Shown: piece after piece, positions 13,721 through 26,473 of the stretch
How the letters are laid out: the number at the start of each line of letters is the position of its first letter
Numbering within the stretch: position 1 is the first letter of the stretch
Translations under genes and position numbers: made by a program
Notes under the pieces: generated by a model
Told to the model about the DNA's origin: nothing
Databases searched by the model: none
What the model saw: the letters and a program-made list of their open reading frames with translations, nothing else
Assembly: GCA_963693365.1 (NCBI GenBank)
Contig: CAVNZM010000017.1
Coordinates: 1,465,989 to 1,529,988 of the forward strand
DNA length: 64,000 nucleotides
Reading direction: 5' to 3'
Source of the DNA: Amoebidium appalachense
Lineage: Eukaryota > Protista > Ichthyosporea

Positions 13721-13969
13721 CTTGCCTGCATAAGCAACCCTGCTCGTCTCTGATCAAGACGGGTGACCTACTCATGTTCAAGTGAAACAGTATCTGAGTT
13801 GGGTTTCGTTAACGAGGGGAATAGGTCGAAACTCGGGTACTGTGGATGACGTGGGCCCCCCCTGAGGATGGGCTCTGCTTATTATGCATACTCTTTATGT
13901 ATGGCTTGCATTCTGCATCGTGTTATCCGTTTGTTCTTGTGTACTTCGTACTTTTTGACGCATTCAAAA
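13721..13969 (+). mobile_element. Poly(C)-tailed dispersed repeat, subfamily 1, long copy A, containing a structured pseudoknotted RNA-like segment (13728-13887)
   Basis: Homologous to 35423-35704 (-); 3' part near-identical to 57684-57789; multiple helices with compensatory changes between copies; ends ...acgcattcaaaa followed by (C)n. Confidence 0.8.
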
Positions 13970-14037
13970 CCCCCCCCCCCCCCCCCCCTCCTCCCCCCCA
14001 CACACACACATCCTCCCCCCCCCCTCCCCCCCCCCCC

Positions 14038-14068
<31 letters not shown>

Positions 14069-14072
14069 ACAG

Positions 14073-14576
14073 GTAAGCACGCGCTTCACCAGTTCCGATG
14101 CTATCGCTTCAGCTCTCCATCTTCGAGTCCCCTCTACCGAAGAACAATCCGAATACGTATCCCTCCTTGCACTTTTACGAAGAAAAGTCGAATCTGAAAT
14201 TCCCGGCGCTATAGTTACCCCCTACGGATCATGCACCACGGGATTACTGGTGAGGGGGTCTGATCTCGATTGCGATATCAAAATTCCGTCAGGTCGGAAT
14301 GTGGTCGGGTGCATGAATAGGCTGTACCAATCATTCTTAACGGAAAAGCCAAATATAAAGGTATGAAAATATTTGTCCCCCCCCCCCCTCTCCCCCCTTT
14401 TTCCCTGTAATGTCCTCCCCTTCCCTGTCGGGGGAGCCCCCTCCGGGATCTTTTTCGGCCGCCCTTGAAGGATCTCCTTTTGCCCTCTGTTCGCTTCTTT
14501 TCTTCTTTTCTTTAGTCATTTTTAATTTTAGTTTTTCCTTCTAGATATATAATGTTGTTGACGGGGGAAGGTTAGG

Positions 14577-14623
<47 letters not shown>

Positions 14624-14996
14624 ATCTCTCCGTCTCATCCCTCCTCTCGTTTTCGAGACACCATCCCTGTGCCCCCTTTTTTACTTCTAAGTCTCTTTGT
14701 ACCGTTCTCTCATGTGAAGGTTAGCAGAGATTGAAAAGCCTGTGTGTGTATGTTGGCGATGCCCGGAGGTGGGATTGGGTGGGTGGGGGGTGGTGGGGTG
14801 GGGTGGGGAGGGCGAAGACAAACAAAATAAATCATCAACAGCAATTCCCCCCCCCCCCCCCCCCTCCTCCTCCTCCTCCCCCTTTTGTTCGAGAAATTGC
14901 TCTACTGATCTCGTGCAAATCTGTATGTGTTCCACTTTGCACTTTGCTGTGTGTGGGGTGGTGAAAGTACACCTCATGATTTGGGCCGTGTTCTTT

Positions 14997-15029
<33 letters not shown>

Positions 15030-15168
15030 AACCCCTCTCGTGACATGCTGCAAAGAAATATGTATGTTCTCTCTTTTATTGACATCTTTGAAAATGTTCC
15101 ATGGTTGGTTCCCGGTCCTTTCATAAAGAACACAGGCGTCCAGTGTTTAGCATACTAACCAACCAACC

Positions 15169-15204
<36 letters not shown>

Positions 15205-15561
15205 CAAAAAAAAAAAAAAAAAAAACCTTCTTCTACTCCCCCAGCAAGCAGCACACATGAATGCAAGCACACAGATCCCGACACAAGCACGAGCACACAC
15301 ACACACATACACACACACACATACACACACACACTCCCACACCACAGACGGACACACACACACACACACATGTACACACACACATACACACGCACATACA
15401 CACACACACACCCTCCCACCTCCCCCCTGCCCCCCCCCCCCCCCCCCCCCCTTTCACCCCCTTCCGCCCTTCTTCCTCCCAACCCACACACACAAAACTC
15501 ACACAACACTTTCCCACACTCCAAATCCCCTCCCCCCCCCCCCCCCCTCCCCCCCCTTGGT

Positions 15562-15611
<50 letters not shown>

Positions 15612-16192
15612 ACCCCCACCACCACCACCCCCACCACCACCACCACACAGCGCGAGCAAAACCTAACGCACACGCGCATTCCCGTGATCAAACTGTCTGC
15701 CCGTGTGGGGACGCAATACATTGGTGTTGACCTGTGTTTCAACAATGAGGGTGCACTCACATCTTCGAACTTTGTTCGTTACTGTGTGGGTTTACACCCG
15801 AGAGTTAGACCACTCATTATGGCTCTGAAGGTGGGTGATTCCTTTTATGTCGTTCATTTAAACCACCTCCCCCCTTCCCCCCCCTCCCCCGGCCCCAAAT
15901 CTCCCATCAATTTGTTCCCAAGCCCCTTCATTCTTCATCCGTTTGATAACAAACCCTCCCAATATTCTTTTCAGTGAAGCTTCTCCCCCCCCCCCCCCCC
16001 CCCCTGCAACCTTTGCCTTCCGGCAGTTTTTGTGGTTGAGTCGATTCGAAATGGCAGTGTGTTCACGTTATATAACCTCACAGACGACGTTTAGCCCTGG
16101 CCAGAGGATGAAACAGGAGACCTAAAGATCGGCAGGGGAGGCAGAATTGAGTTTGGAAGGGGCCATGCGCTAGTTATGATTGACGCTGTATG

Positions 16193-16256
<64 letters not shown>

Positions 16257-17261
16257 TGTGTGCGTGCGTGTGTGCGTGTGTGCGTGCGTGCGTAGTTGCT
16301 TGGTGCTTTCATTCAAGCCCCTGCTTCCTCCTCTTTCTCTTTTTGGTTTGGGGGGGATACCATGTGTGAGAGCAGGCTAGGTTTCGAAACACCCTCTGGC
16401 TTTTGTCCACATTATGAATCATCATTCCTTTCCTTCAATTTTCTTTTTTTTTTTTTTTTTTTTTTTCCCTTTTCTTTTTTTTTTTCTTTCTTTTTTTTTT
16501 TTTTTTCGAAGAATTGACTCTGGTGGAAAGTATCTCACCAGTAATCATGGCAGCTCTGGGCCAAGGAGCACGACATCAACGACGCCTTCAAAAACACGCT
16601 GAGCAGCTATGCCCTCTTCCTATTGGTCCTCCACTTCATGATCGTGGAGATCGGCGCCCTTCCACCAATCATTGAAATCATCGATGGGTTCGTGGCAGCC
16701 AATCAGATGCCTTTGACGGAAATTGTGATTGTGCCCCCACCAATCGTGAAATCTCAGGTCGTCAGTGACCAATCGAATTCGAAGGAGGGGGAGGAGGGTA
16801 AAGGTGGGCAGGAGGAGGGCAGAGGTTTGAAGCGAGAGGCGGATGGGGGGGAGGGGGAGCCAATTAGCAAGAAACCGAAAATCGAGAAGAAAGAACCCCG
16901 GTTGCCAAATTGCATTTGCCCAAGTGAGCTCGAGGAATCCGGGCCGGCCAGGCTTGCAGGGGCGGCATTTCTGGATGATGGGGTCGGAAACGTACCGGAA
17001 ATTCACGAATTGTTTTACCGGTTTCTTCATTTTTACGCACCCAACGATACATTTAATTTCGCGGTGAACCCAGGAAATGCCGGGAAACGCTCGAAAACCA
17101 AGAGATCCTTCACCGATCCGCATGGATATGCGAAATCGGAGGAGATCGTGATGGAAATTAACGATCCGCTGACAGGAAATAATGCCACGCGGTCGGTGAA
17201 TAAAGCGGGTTTGAGGAGAATCACCGATGCTATAAGGGGCACGAGGGATGCTTTGAAGTGA
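14073..17261 (+). CDS. Non-canonical poly(A) polymerase / terminal nucleotidyltransferase (Cid1/GLD-2/Trf4 superfamily), 5'-partial; exons 14073-14360, 15651-15830, 16554-17261
   Basis: Pol-beta NTase motif [17 protein letters not shown]; RIPVIKL...VDLCFNN (third Asp); [11 protein letters not shown]|[21 protein letters not shown]; PAP-associated [11 protein letters not shown] and [14 protein letters not shown]. All junctions are phase-0 GT-AG. Start exon not found. Confidence 0.9.
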
Positions 17262-17935
17262 GTGGCTTTGGTGGTGGTGTGATCCCCCGAAACCTGCTAC
17301 CATGATGCGTGTCGTATGAGTGTGGCCGTGTTTTCAGTATGAAGGTTTGTATAGCGCTAGCATAGCAAATAAGTGTGGAGCCTCACCAGAGCCAACATCA
17401 ATTAAGGTATATTTAGTGCTGAATTATGGTTTGGTTGCATTAAAGGGACAGCGTGCAATAGCGTCGTATGTATGTTTGTAACGGTTTTTTTCTTCGGTCT
17501 TGATTTGAATAGTTAAAATGGAAAGTCGTACATGCCTGGAAATGAGACACATTCTACACGCCCCACATATGCATATGCATATAGGAGTTTTAAGGATCTT
17601 GTGGTGGAATTGTTTTTGCGACTGGTGTTGCGATTTCTGTGATTGGTGGGTTTTTTTTTTTTTTTTTTTTGAATGGGGAATTTTGAGGTCGATGTTTAAT
17701 GGTGAAGTTTTTGTGATTGGTGGCTGATTGTTTCAATCGGAACATTGCGAGAAGCTGCAATTCCTTACACTTCCCGTGTATGTGGGTGGGTAATCTTTAA
17801 CCTAAGTCCGAGGTGGATTTACGTGAGTGGATGAATGATAGTTGAGAGGCCATGCCATCGATATCTGTAAAAAACTATGTGTGTGAATGGGTACTGATAG
17901 ACTTTAGTATCACGGAACCCTCCCCCTCCCCCCCC

Positions 17936-18007
<72 letters not shown>

Positions 18008-18147
18008 ACACACACACACGGCTACGTAACTCGCATGCACATGCCCACACATTTGGCTTCACACATCACCACGGCCAACCCATACAGCCCAGCCTGCAAT
18101 CGAGCCTCGTTCTTTTCTGGCCGGAGTTCGCAACGGCCAAGCCTTTT

Positions 18148-18199
<52 letters not shown>

Positions 18200-18485
18200 T
18201 TCTCCGCCTCCGGCCTCCTCCTCCTGATCTCTCCTCCCCTCTCCCTCTACCGATAAATACGAGCAGCTCTAGGATAGCCAGCGCATTATGTAACCAACAC
18301 GTGCCGTCTGTGTGATATTACCCAGGCAGTATGTGAAAATGTGTTATAATTACGATGTCATAGTACCCAGTACGTATAGTAGTATAATAACGCAATTACA
18401 CAACGTATCACACAATTCATCGGTAGAGCACCATGCGCATGGCGTATAATACTTTAAACGGCGGGGGGAGGCCTTAGGCGGTGGG

Positions 18486-18518
<33 letters not shown>

Positions 18519-18593
18519 CGGCAACATGTGAGTTTTGACTGTGTTACAATCAAGTTCACGATCATGCATTCCGTTCGTCACCAATAAAAGTCT

Positions 18594-18631
<38 letters not shown>

Positions 18632-20443
18632 AGCTGATACCGAGTGTCCCAGGGGAGGCCGAAAAAAAAAAAAAAAAAAAACCGGGAACCCAACTAATTG
18701 ATTTTCTTAGTCTTTATGGTGCTTCGTAGAGTAAGAAAACCCTGATACATATCAACACCCGACATCTATGTACTTGATCATATGATATACCGCTGAGGGG
18801 ATATTCCGAGCAAAAACCCCCATACCTGAGACTGGTCTCTCTTTGCCTCGAGTAAACAGCGTAAACCCCACTCGTATTTTTTATTGCTGGTCTTTCAACA
18901 AGGTGAATGCAGAATGACTTTACAGTAGCTACAGCACCATGGCTGTATATGTGTGCTTCAGGTGACATTCAAATGACACAAATGTTTGCATTCGATATTC
19001 GACGTATGTAACACAGGCACAACTTATTGGCCAGTGATCGCAAACCCCCCCCCCCCCCCCCCAAAAAAAAAAAAAAAAAAAAAAAGCCACCCACCCACCG
19101 CCCAAAACGGACGTACGTCCGCACACGCACACACGCAGGCACGCACACATGTATGCACCCATGCACACCAACAATTTCCCATACCAAATTAGACATACCG
19201 ACCAAAAAACACAAAAAGCATTATACCATCCCCGACAAGCATACCGGTGCGCTCCTCCCCTCCCCCCAAACCACCACCACCTAGTACCGCCACGACCACC
19301 ACACACACAAACGTCCATTCACACACATACACATAAACTTTGTGCCACGCAGGCACGCACACACACGCGCACGCACACACCACACGCACACACATATGCG
19401 CACACACACACAAATGCGCGTGCAGACACGTACACAAAAAAAAAAAAAAATCGGGTTTGTATCACACTAGCAACCCCCTCAGTCCCCACGGTGTGTGTGT
19501 ATGTGTGACACGGCGCACGTGTGGGTGTGTGTGTGTGTGTGCATATGTGTGTTTGGGGTTGAGTTGACAGGAAGGTGAGTGGGTGGTGGGACGGAAGGGG
19601 AGGGAAGCGGGGAGGGGGAGGATAAAGGGATTGATGTGTGGTGGAGTTAGGGGCGCATGAGAAGCAGGGGGGGAAGGGGGAAGACCATGCAGCTGGGGGC
19701 TAGAGAGGGGAAAAACACCCGGGGGGGGGGGGGGGGGAGGGGGGGAGGGGGGAGGGGGATGGCCTTTGAGTTAGAGAGAGATAGAGAGGGGGAGAGAGGG
19801 GGAGGGGAGGGGGAGAGGGAGGGGAGGGGGGGGGGGGGGGGGAGTCTCAGAGTGTGTGACAGAAAGAGGGTGTGTGTGTGTGTGGGGGGGGGGGGGGAGG
19901 GGGGGGGGGGGGGGGGGGGGGGCAATAAAGGGATTATTTGGCGGCGGAGTAAGGGGTGTATGAAGAGCAAGGGGGAGGGAGGGGGGGGGGGGGGGGGGGG
20001 GAGGATAACCACGCAGCCGGGTGGCTAGGGAGGTGGGGAAATCACAACAAAAAAAAGGAGGGGAGGGCGGGGGGAGGAGAGTGAGAGGAAGGGGAGGGGA
20101 AGGGAGGGGGGGGAAGGGAGGGAGGGGATGAGGGTTGGGGCAGTGGGGGGGGGGGGGGGGGGGGGAAGGAGGGACGGAGGGAGAGAGGTGTGTGTTTGTA
20201 TGGGCACATACCTTCCTTTTCCTTCTCTCTCTGTTTGTTTTCACGTATGTAAGTGTGTGTGCGTGTGTGCGCTTTTTTTTTTTTTTTTTTTTTTTTTTTT
20301 GGGGGGGGGGGGGGAAGAGCAGGGAGGGCTCACCTTAAATTCCCAAGTACAACCCCCAAAAATTGTGCTTAGGTATCAGCTGGAAGAGAATAAGTGCCAA
20401 CCTGTGTACCTATGGATGTCTAACACTGACATGTGTTGCGCAG

Positions 20444-21261
20444 GCTGTTGCATCCGAATACGTGGAGGGGGTCCGCCTAATCGCACACCTGAACGCTTTC
20501 TATCGTCGAAACGGAGGGAACAACACCGACACCAAGCTCTATGCCACTGAACTTACCAGGACGCAAATGTGGTCTTTGCTTCGCCAGGCCGCGTGCGCGC
20601 TCGAACGGGTGCACGCGTTCGACGTGGCGCACATGGATCCGAATGTGAGCGATTTCATCTGCACGCAAGACGAGCGAGGAAACACCGTTGTTCGCCTGAT
20701 AGACTTTGGGCTCGCGACGAACAGGTGGAACCCAGAGTTTTTGTGCTCTCACGGCCGCGCGCACCTCATGTCTCCCGAAGAAGTCGAAGCGTGCAAGACG
20801 GGAATCAAGACTATCTCTCGAGACGCTGTTCCGTGCGACATTTCAAGTTCGGGCTTCTGGTTTATAACCTCATGGTGCAAGTGGAAAGGAGGTTTGCGCA
20901 ACCCCCAGACAACTACCACCCGTTTGACACGGAGAAGGGAACATGCCCCAACGCACCCGGTACCAGTGCTGTGTTTCCTTTCCACCCGGAGGATCTAACC
21001 GATTTGATGAATACCCTCCAAGCCAGGTTGGGTGATCTGTCACCAGAGGTTGAGGTGTTGTTTAGGGGTTGCTTTACGCGCGATAGGGTGGAGAGGTTTG
21101 AAATGCTGCAAGTGATAGCCGTCATCGATATGATATATCGCGGAACTGCCGCCCCCTGGCCCTCCCCCGACCGTTCCTCCCCCTTTGGCCAATCAGACGC
21201 TGGCATGCGCACACTGTCAAGCGCCTACTGCGGCTGCGGTACCATCCCAGGCCGCACCTGA
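20444..21261 (+). pseudogene. Protein kinase C-lobe fragment with a frameshift (pseudogene or assembly indel)
   Basis: SEYVEG, ALERVHAFDVAHMD, VRLIDFGLA, MSPEE; CDI continues as KFGLLVYNL...LFRGCFTRDRVERF in another frame (1-nt loss at 20841-20843). Catalytic-loop Asn reads Asp; no N-lobe exons recognised upstream. Confidence 0.75.
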
Positions 21262-21365
21262 TGTTGGGTTAGTTATCCCGGATTAATCCCCCCGTCAAAC
21301 CAACCGCCCCTCCCACTCCTCCCCCCTCCCTCCCCCCCCTCCCCCTCCCCCCCTCTTCCCGCTGT

Positions 21366-21396
<31 letters not shown>

Positions 21397-21431
21397 TCCC
21401 TCTCCCCCGGGGAATGGGCTCTAAATGTGAT

Positions 21432-21628
21432 GCATACTCTTTGTGCGTGCTTTGAGGTAAAAATTCGCATACTCTTTGTGTGTGCTTTTTGCATTAAATC
21501 GCATGCTCTTTGTGTGTACTTCTTTCATATAACTCACATACTCTTTGTGTGTGCTCTTTTCATAAAACTCACATAACCTTTGTGTGTGCTCTTTTCATAA
21601 AATTCACATACTCTTTGTGTGTGCTTTT
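21432..21628 (+). repeat. Minisatellite, ~30-36-bp unit, about 6 copies
   Basis: Repeated catactctttgtgtgtgc(tc)ttttcataaaa(c/t)tca. Confidence 0.9.
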
Positions 21629-22479
21629 CCGACAGCTTCTTCAAATTGTGTTGGTTATGAAAATGTACTCCTGTTGCAACACATTTTCCTCCCCTACCCC
21701 CCCCCCCCCCCCCCCCCCCTCTCCCCCCAACTTCTCCCTCCCCTTCCCGCCCCCTCCATCCCCTCCCCTGCGCACCCACTCACCATATGCTGCATCCCAA
21801 CCTTGACCCCAATTTAATAAAAGTCTTATCACCCCCCCCCCCCCCCCCTCCCCCCCCCCCCCCCCCCCCCCCCCCCCAACACACACACACCCCTTTCTTT
21901 GACCGTTGTTGCAGGCACGTACACCCTCATTTGCATGCAAATTGAAGCCCACACATCCATCCTATAATAGTATGTATTACCAGATTGAGGGGTTTTGCTT
22001 GGGCATATTGTATACGTCAACCAATGAACATTAACTAGTTTACGTACTTACTCTTTCTTGATTGGGCATCACACTCTATTGTCCTCCGCTAAGCTTATGT
22101 TACAGGTACAGAGGATAATATGTAAATAAATAATAAAAAAAGGTCCAAAGACATTGTATCGTCATGTTCCTTCTCTCTAGCCATAGCGGACTCAAAACCC
22201 CGGTGCATAACACCACACGCTGATATCTGACATTCCTTCCCTTTTTCTTTTGATTTAATTTAGGTCACAACCTACTCTTGAAGATGGAAACCTTCGCGTG
22301 TCAAACGATGCTATTTACCAGCAACGAGCCAGAGAAGAAAAAGATGGAACGGGTGTGAGCCACACAGAAAGAATTCAAAATCCAGAAAAGGGATTTGAGA
22401 GGACCTTGGGCTAGAGGAGCGCCGCAACAGGGACGGGCTGGGGTGTGGAGGGACGCACACGGGGAAGGGAAGGTCTATC

Positions 22480-22985
22480 ATAGAAGTGGAGCAGGGAGAG
22501 AGGAGAAAGAAGACGCGGAGGAGAAGAGAGGTCTAGAAGCAGGAGCAGAGAGAGAGGGGAAAGAAGAACAAGATCTAGAAGCAGGAACAGAGAGAGGGGG
22601 GAAAGAAGAGAAAGATCTAGAAACAGGAGCAGAGAGAGTGGGGAAAGAAGACTCGATCTGGGAGGAAGGCCTAGAAGCGAGAGCAGTGAGAGGGGGAAAG
22701 AGGGGATGAAGGATCTAGAAGCAAGAGCAGAGAGGGGGGGACAGAAGGGATGAAGGATCTAGAAGTAGGAGCAGAGAGAGGAGGGAAAGAAGAGAAATAT
22801 CTGGGAGTGGGAGCAGGGAGAGGGGGGAAAGAAGACACACAGGGAAGGAAAGATCTAGAAGCAGGAGCAGAGAGAGGGGGTGAAAGGAGGCTGGCAGTGG
22901 AAGAAAATTTCAAAAGTAGGAGCAGGAAGGGGGGGGAGAGAAGGGAAGAGGGATCTAGAAGCAGAAGCAGGGAGAGGGGGGAAAG
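22480..22985 (+). repeat. Purine-rich minisatellite, ~42-bp unit (translates as DLEAGAERGGKEEK), about 11 copies
   Basis: gatctagaagcaggagcagagagaggggggaaagaaga repeats, e.g. at 22572 and 22614 (42 bp apart); frame broken near 22709. Confidence 0.9.
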
Positions 22986-23544
22986 GGGGGTGCATCACGG
23001 CATAAGAGACAGAAGTGACGACGAGGATGGGGGGGAGGACAACAAAAGAAACAAGCGGTGTAGGTTGGAGGGTGGAGCAGAGGAAAACGGAGGCTTAATC
23101 GAGGGGTTACGTGGATTGGGAGAAGGGCAGGGGGAAAGGGTAAACGGAAGGGATCCTCTTCATGCAGTTACGAATGTGGAGTGAGGCCTGTAGCCATACT
23201 GTAATTGTTTACTTGTGTGAAATGAATGTGGTGTGATCTGCAACTGAATCTGATTTTCTTTTGGCAAGACTTCATATGTTAACCGTTGAGTAAGATTGCT
23301 GACAAGAATGGTTCGTGTTGCCGCTGTTGGGGCATGGCAGGAAAATCCTCTTGCAATTGATGCTAACATTATGATGCATGGGAAATAAAACAATCAACCA
23401 AAGTGAATCTCTGTTTGATCCAGACGGCTCAATAGGAATGATATCGATGTGTGTGTATGTAAAGTATCTATGGAATAACTTGGACATGTAGATAAATTCA
23501 TTGATTCAGAATGTATTGGACTGTCTGACAGACCAAACCTCAGA

Positions 23545-23584
<40 letters not shown>

Positions 23585-23653
23585 ACACACACAAAATTTT
23601 ACCGGGACACACGCACGTACACACACGCACACACGCACACACACACACGCACG

Positions 23654-23760
<107 letters not shown>

Positions 23761-24045
23761 CGTTAGAGGTACCTCCCCTGTGCTGACTCCTTCACATTTT
23801 TATTGCACAATGCACAAGGCAAACGTGAAATAGTCTGATTCAACCGTTACGGCAAGCAAACTAAAAATTCTCTCCCTTTGTTCTCCATTCATATTCGTAC
23901 CCATTCAAACCCACAACCCTGTGACATGCATATATCATTCGAATGTGATAGTTGGACAAAGTGGATACTGTTAAAGAAGCTAAATCCGACGTGTTGTGTA
24001 TGGTATGTACATTCGTTCTATGTAAATAGTTAGACATGCATCCTT

Positions 24046-24187
24046 TTACAAATCCTGCTTTTCTAACACTTCTCTAATGTATATAACTGTGAGTCTAGAT
24101 CTGTGTGCGCGTGTGGATGTGGGTGTGCGCACACGTGAATTGATGTAGTAAACAGCACGGTAAAAATCGGTATGCATGAATTCCCCC

Positions 24188-24242
<55 letters not shown>

Positions 24243-25379
24243 AAAAGGGAACTCGGAAAACCAATAAATGCCATACTTTGTGCTAACCGTTTTTTTTTTG
24301 GTCAAATCCGAGCACCATGCTCCCACTTCCGCCTAATCAAAAGAGAAACATGATCAGTCACCTTGTTTTTAACATAGATATACCATTAGCACCTAATTTT
24401 TAACGTAGATATACCATTGGCAAGCGCCGTTTGCATATTTATGCCTGCCCGTGTACACCTGCCGCACCTGAGCCGCGGAAGCACCTAGAAGCTGCCGTGT
24501 GATGGTGATGACGTATGTTCCTGGTCTAAGCCCGCATATCTTTTCCTCCATTGCAGAAAACATTTCATCTGCATACGCAGCATTTATGGTTAGCCTATAA
24601 ACATAAAATTAATTGAAAAGATATGATACGTCCTCCAAATCCCCAGGCTTCACTCCCCTTCTGCCCCCCCCCCCCCCCCCCCCCCCCCCCAAACACACAC
24701 ATTTATAAGATGCATCCGCAAACACACAATTCCCCTCTTCCCCCTCCCCGAACACCCACACACAACACACACAACACCCACACCCACACACACACACACG
24801 CAAGCACACACACTACATACAAACACCCACACACACATGCACAAAGAGACACACACACACGAACGGACACAGACACACACGCACACGACACACCACGCGC
24901 GCGCGCACACACACACACACACAAACACACACACATACCCACCCACCCACCCACCCACCCACCCACACCTACCTGTAAAACAAGTACAGGGAGCAAAAAT
25001 AACGTCAGCAACAGTCCAGTCTTGCGCAAACGAGTCCCCGAGGTGGAACTCTGTGTTCCGCATACCCAGATTAGCTTATATGGGCGGATCAACAAATCTA
25101 TTTGGATGAGAAAACCCAAATTGAGCATTCAATCATTGTTGTAGGACTGCACTACCAGTACAACAAGTCTCAAAACAATATTTTTGTATTCTTCCCAGCT
25201 CCCCCCCCCCCCCCCCCCCCCCCCCCCTCCCCCTCCCCCCCCCCCCCCCCCCAAAAAAAAAAAAAAGAAAAGAAAAGAAAAAAAAAGAAAAGAAAAGAAA
25301 AAAAGAGACAGAAAAACCCGAGCGTGGGGGGTGGTTTCTTTTTTCTTTTTCCCGGGGGTGTCTCTCTCTCTCTCCCCCC

Positions 25380-25415
<36 letters not shown>

Positions 25416-25882
25416 CCCAGGTCGCTTTTTTTTTATAGTCGTCATGGCGACACACTGGCGTGCAACAGAAAATAAAAAGTTTGCAAAAAGTTACAAGAAA
25501 AGTCACCAACATGCAATTTATCTGACCATCGGGCGCTACAGAAAGACTACAAAGTGAAAAAACAACGTGGGGGATAACTCACCTATGGCTCCGGATGGAT
25601 CCATTTTCTTATAGAACCCTGTTTGCTTAAATTTCGCCTCCGCCATTAGTGCTGCCTCGTGTAATTCTGTGACAATTTCAAAGCCGATGCTTCGCTTAAA
25701 CCCACACATACTGGCTGCTATTACACACCGGCCGGAACCGGAGCCAATGTCTACAAAAACTCCATTCGAACCAATTTTCAACTGTGAAAGTACATCTCGA
25801 AACCCCACGTACTGAATTTCACCGTATGTTAATGCGTCCAGGATAATCTGTGTCGTGTGTCGTGTGTCGTGTGTCGTGTATC

Positions 25883-25962
<80 letters not shown>

Positions 25963-26391
25963 AAGAAGAAAAAGAAGGTCAAAACTTTGACAACACCACA
26001 GTGTTTATCAATGAAGAAGGTTCCTATTCGTCATCGCTTTCTTCTCTTTAACATTCCTTTCGTATTTTTTTCTTTCTTTTCTTTCCTTTTCTTTTCTTTC
26101 TTTCTTTCTTTCTTTCTTTTCTTTTTTTTTTTGGGAGGGGGGAGGGAGGGGGGTTGCTTCCCGACCGGTTCCGTGTTATGTGAACACAAGGTGAGTGAGT
26201 GCAGAGGTCATTAACGTGGAAAGGGGGTGGGAGAGGGGGGGGGGGGGGGGGGGGGAGAAGAGGGGGAGTGAGGCTGAAGGAGAGAACGGGGGGGGGGGGG
26301 GGGGGGGGGGGAGGGAGAGGGGAGAGAGGGAGAGGGGAAGGGGGAGAGCGAGAAAGAGCGAGAGAGCGGGAGAGCAAGAGAGCAAGAGAGC

Positions 26392-26473
<82 letters not shown>

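Noticed and set aside
13721-13770. U1 snRNA or 5S rRNA resemblance (cttgcctg...tgatcaag)
   Set aside because: No AUACUUACCU 5' end, U1A loop or Sm site, and no 5S box A/C colinearity.
13760-13830. HDV-like ribozyme
   Set aside because: The J4/2-like GGCUAA occurs only in copy B, and no P1/P1.1/P3 arrangement fits.
13787-13875. Canonical hammerhead ribozyme (GAAAC and CUGAGGA; CUGAUGA at 7803 and 8168)
   Set aside because: I could not assemble stems I-III with an NUH site conserved in both long copies (B has GAAACUCAGAC). Reported as an unknown structure instead.
21432-22985. CRISPR-like arrays
   Set aside because: The units are contiguous, degenerate tandem repeats without unique spacers, in a eukaryotic context with no cas genes.
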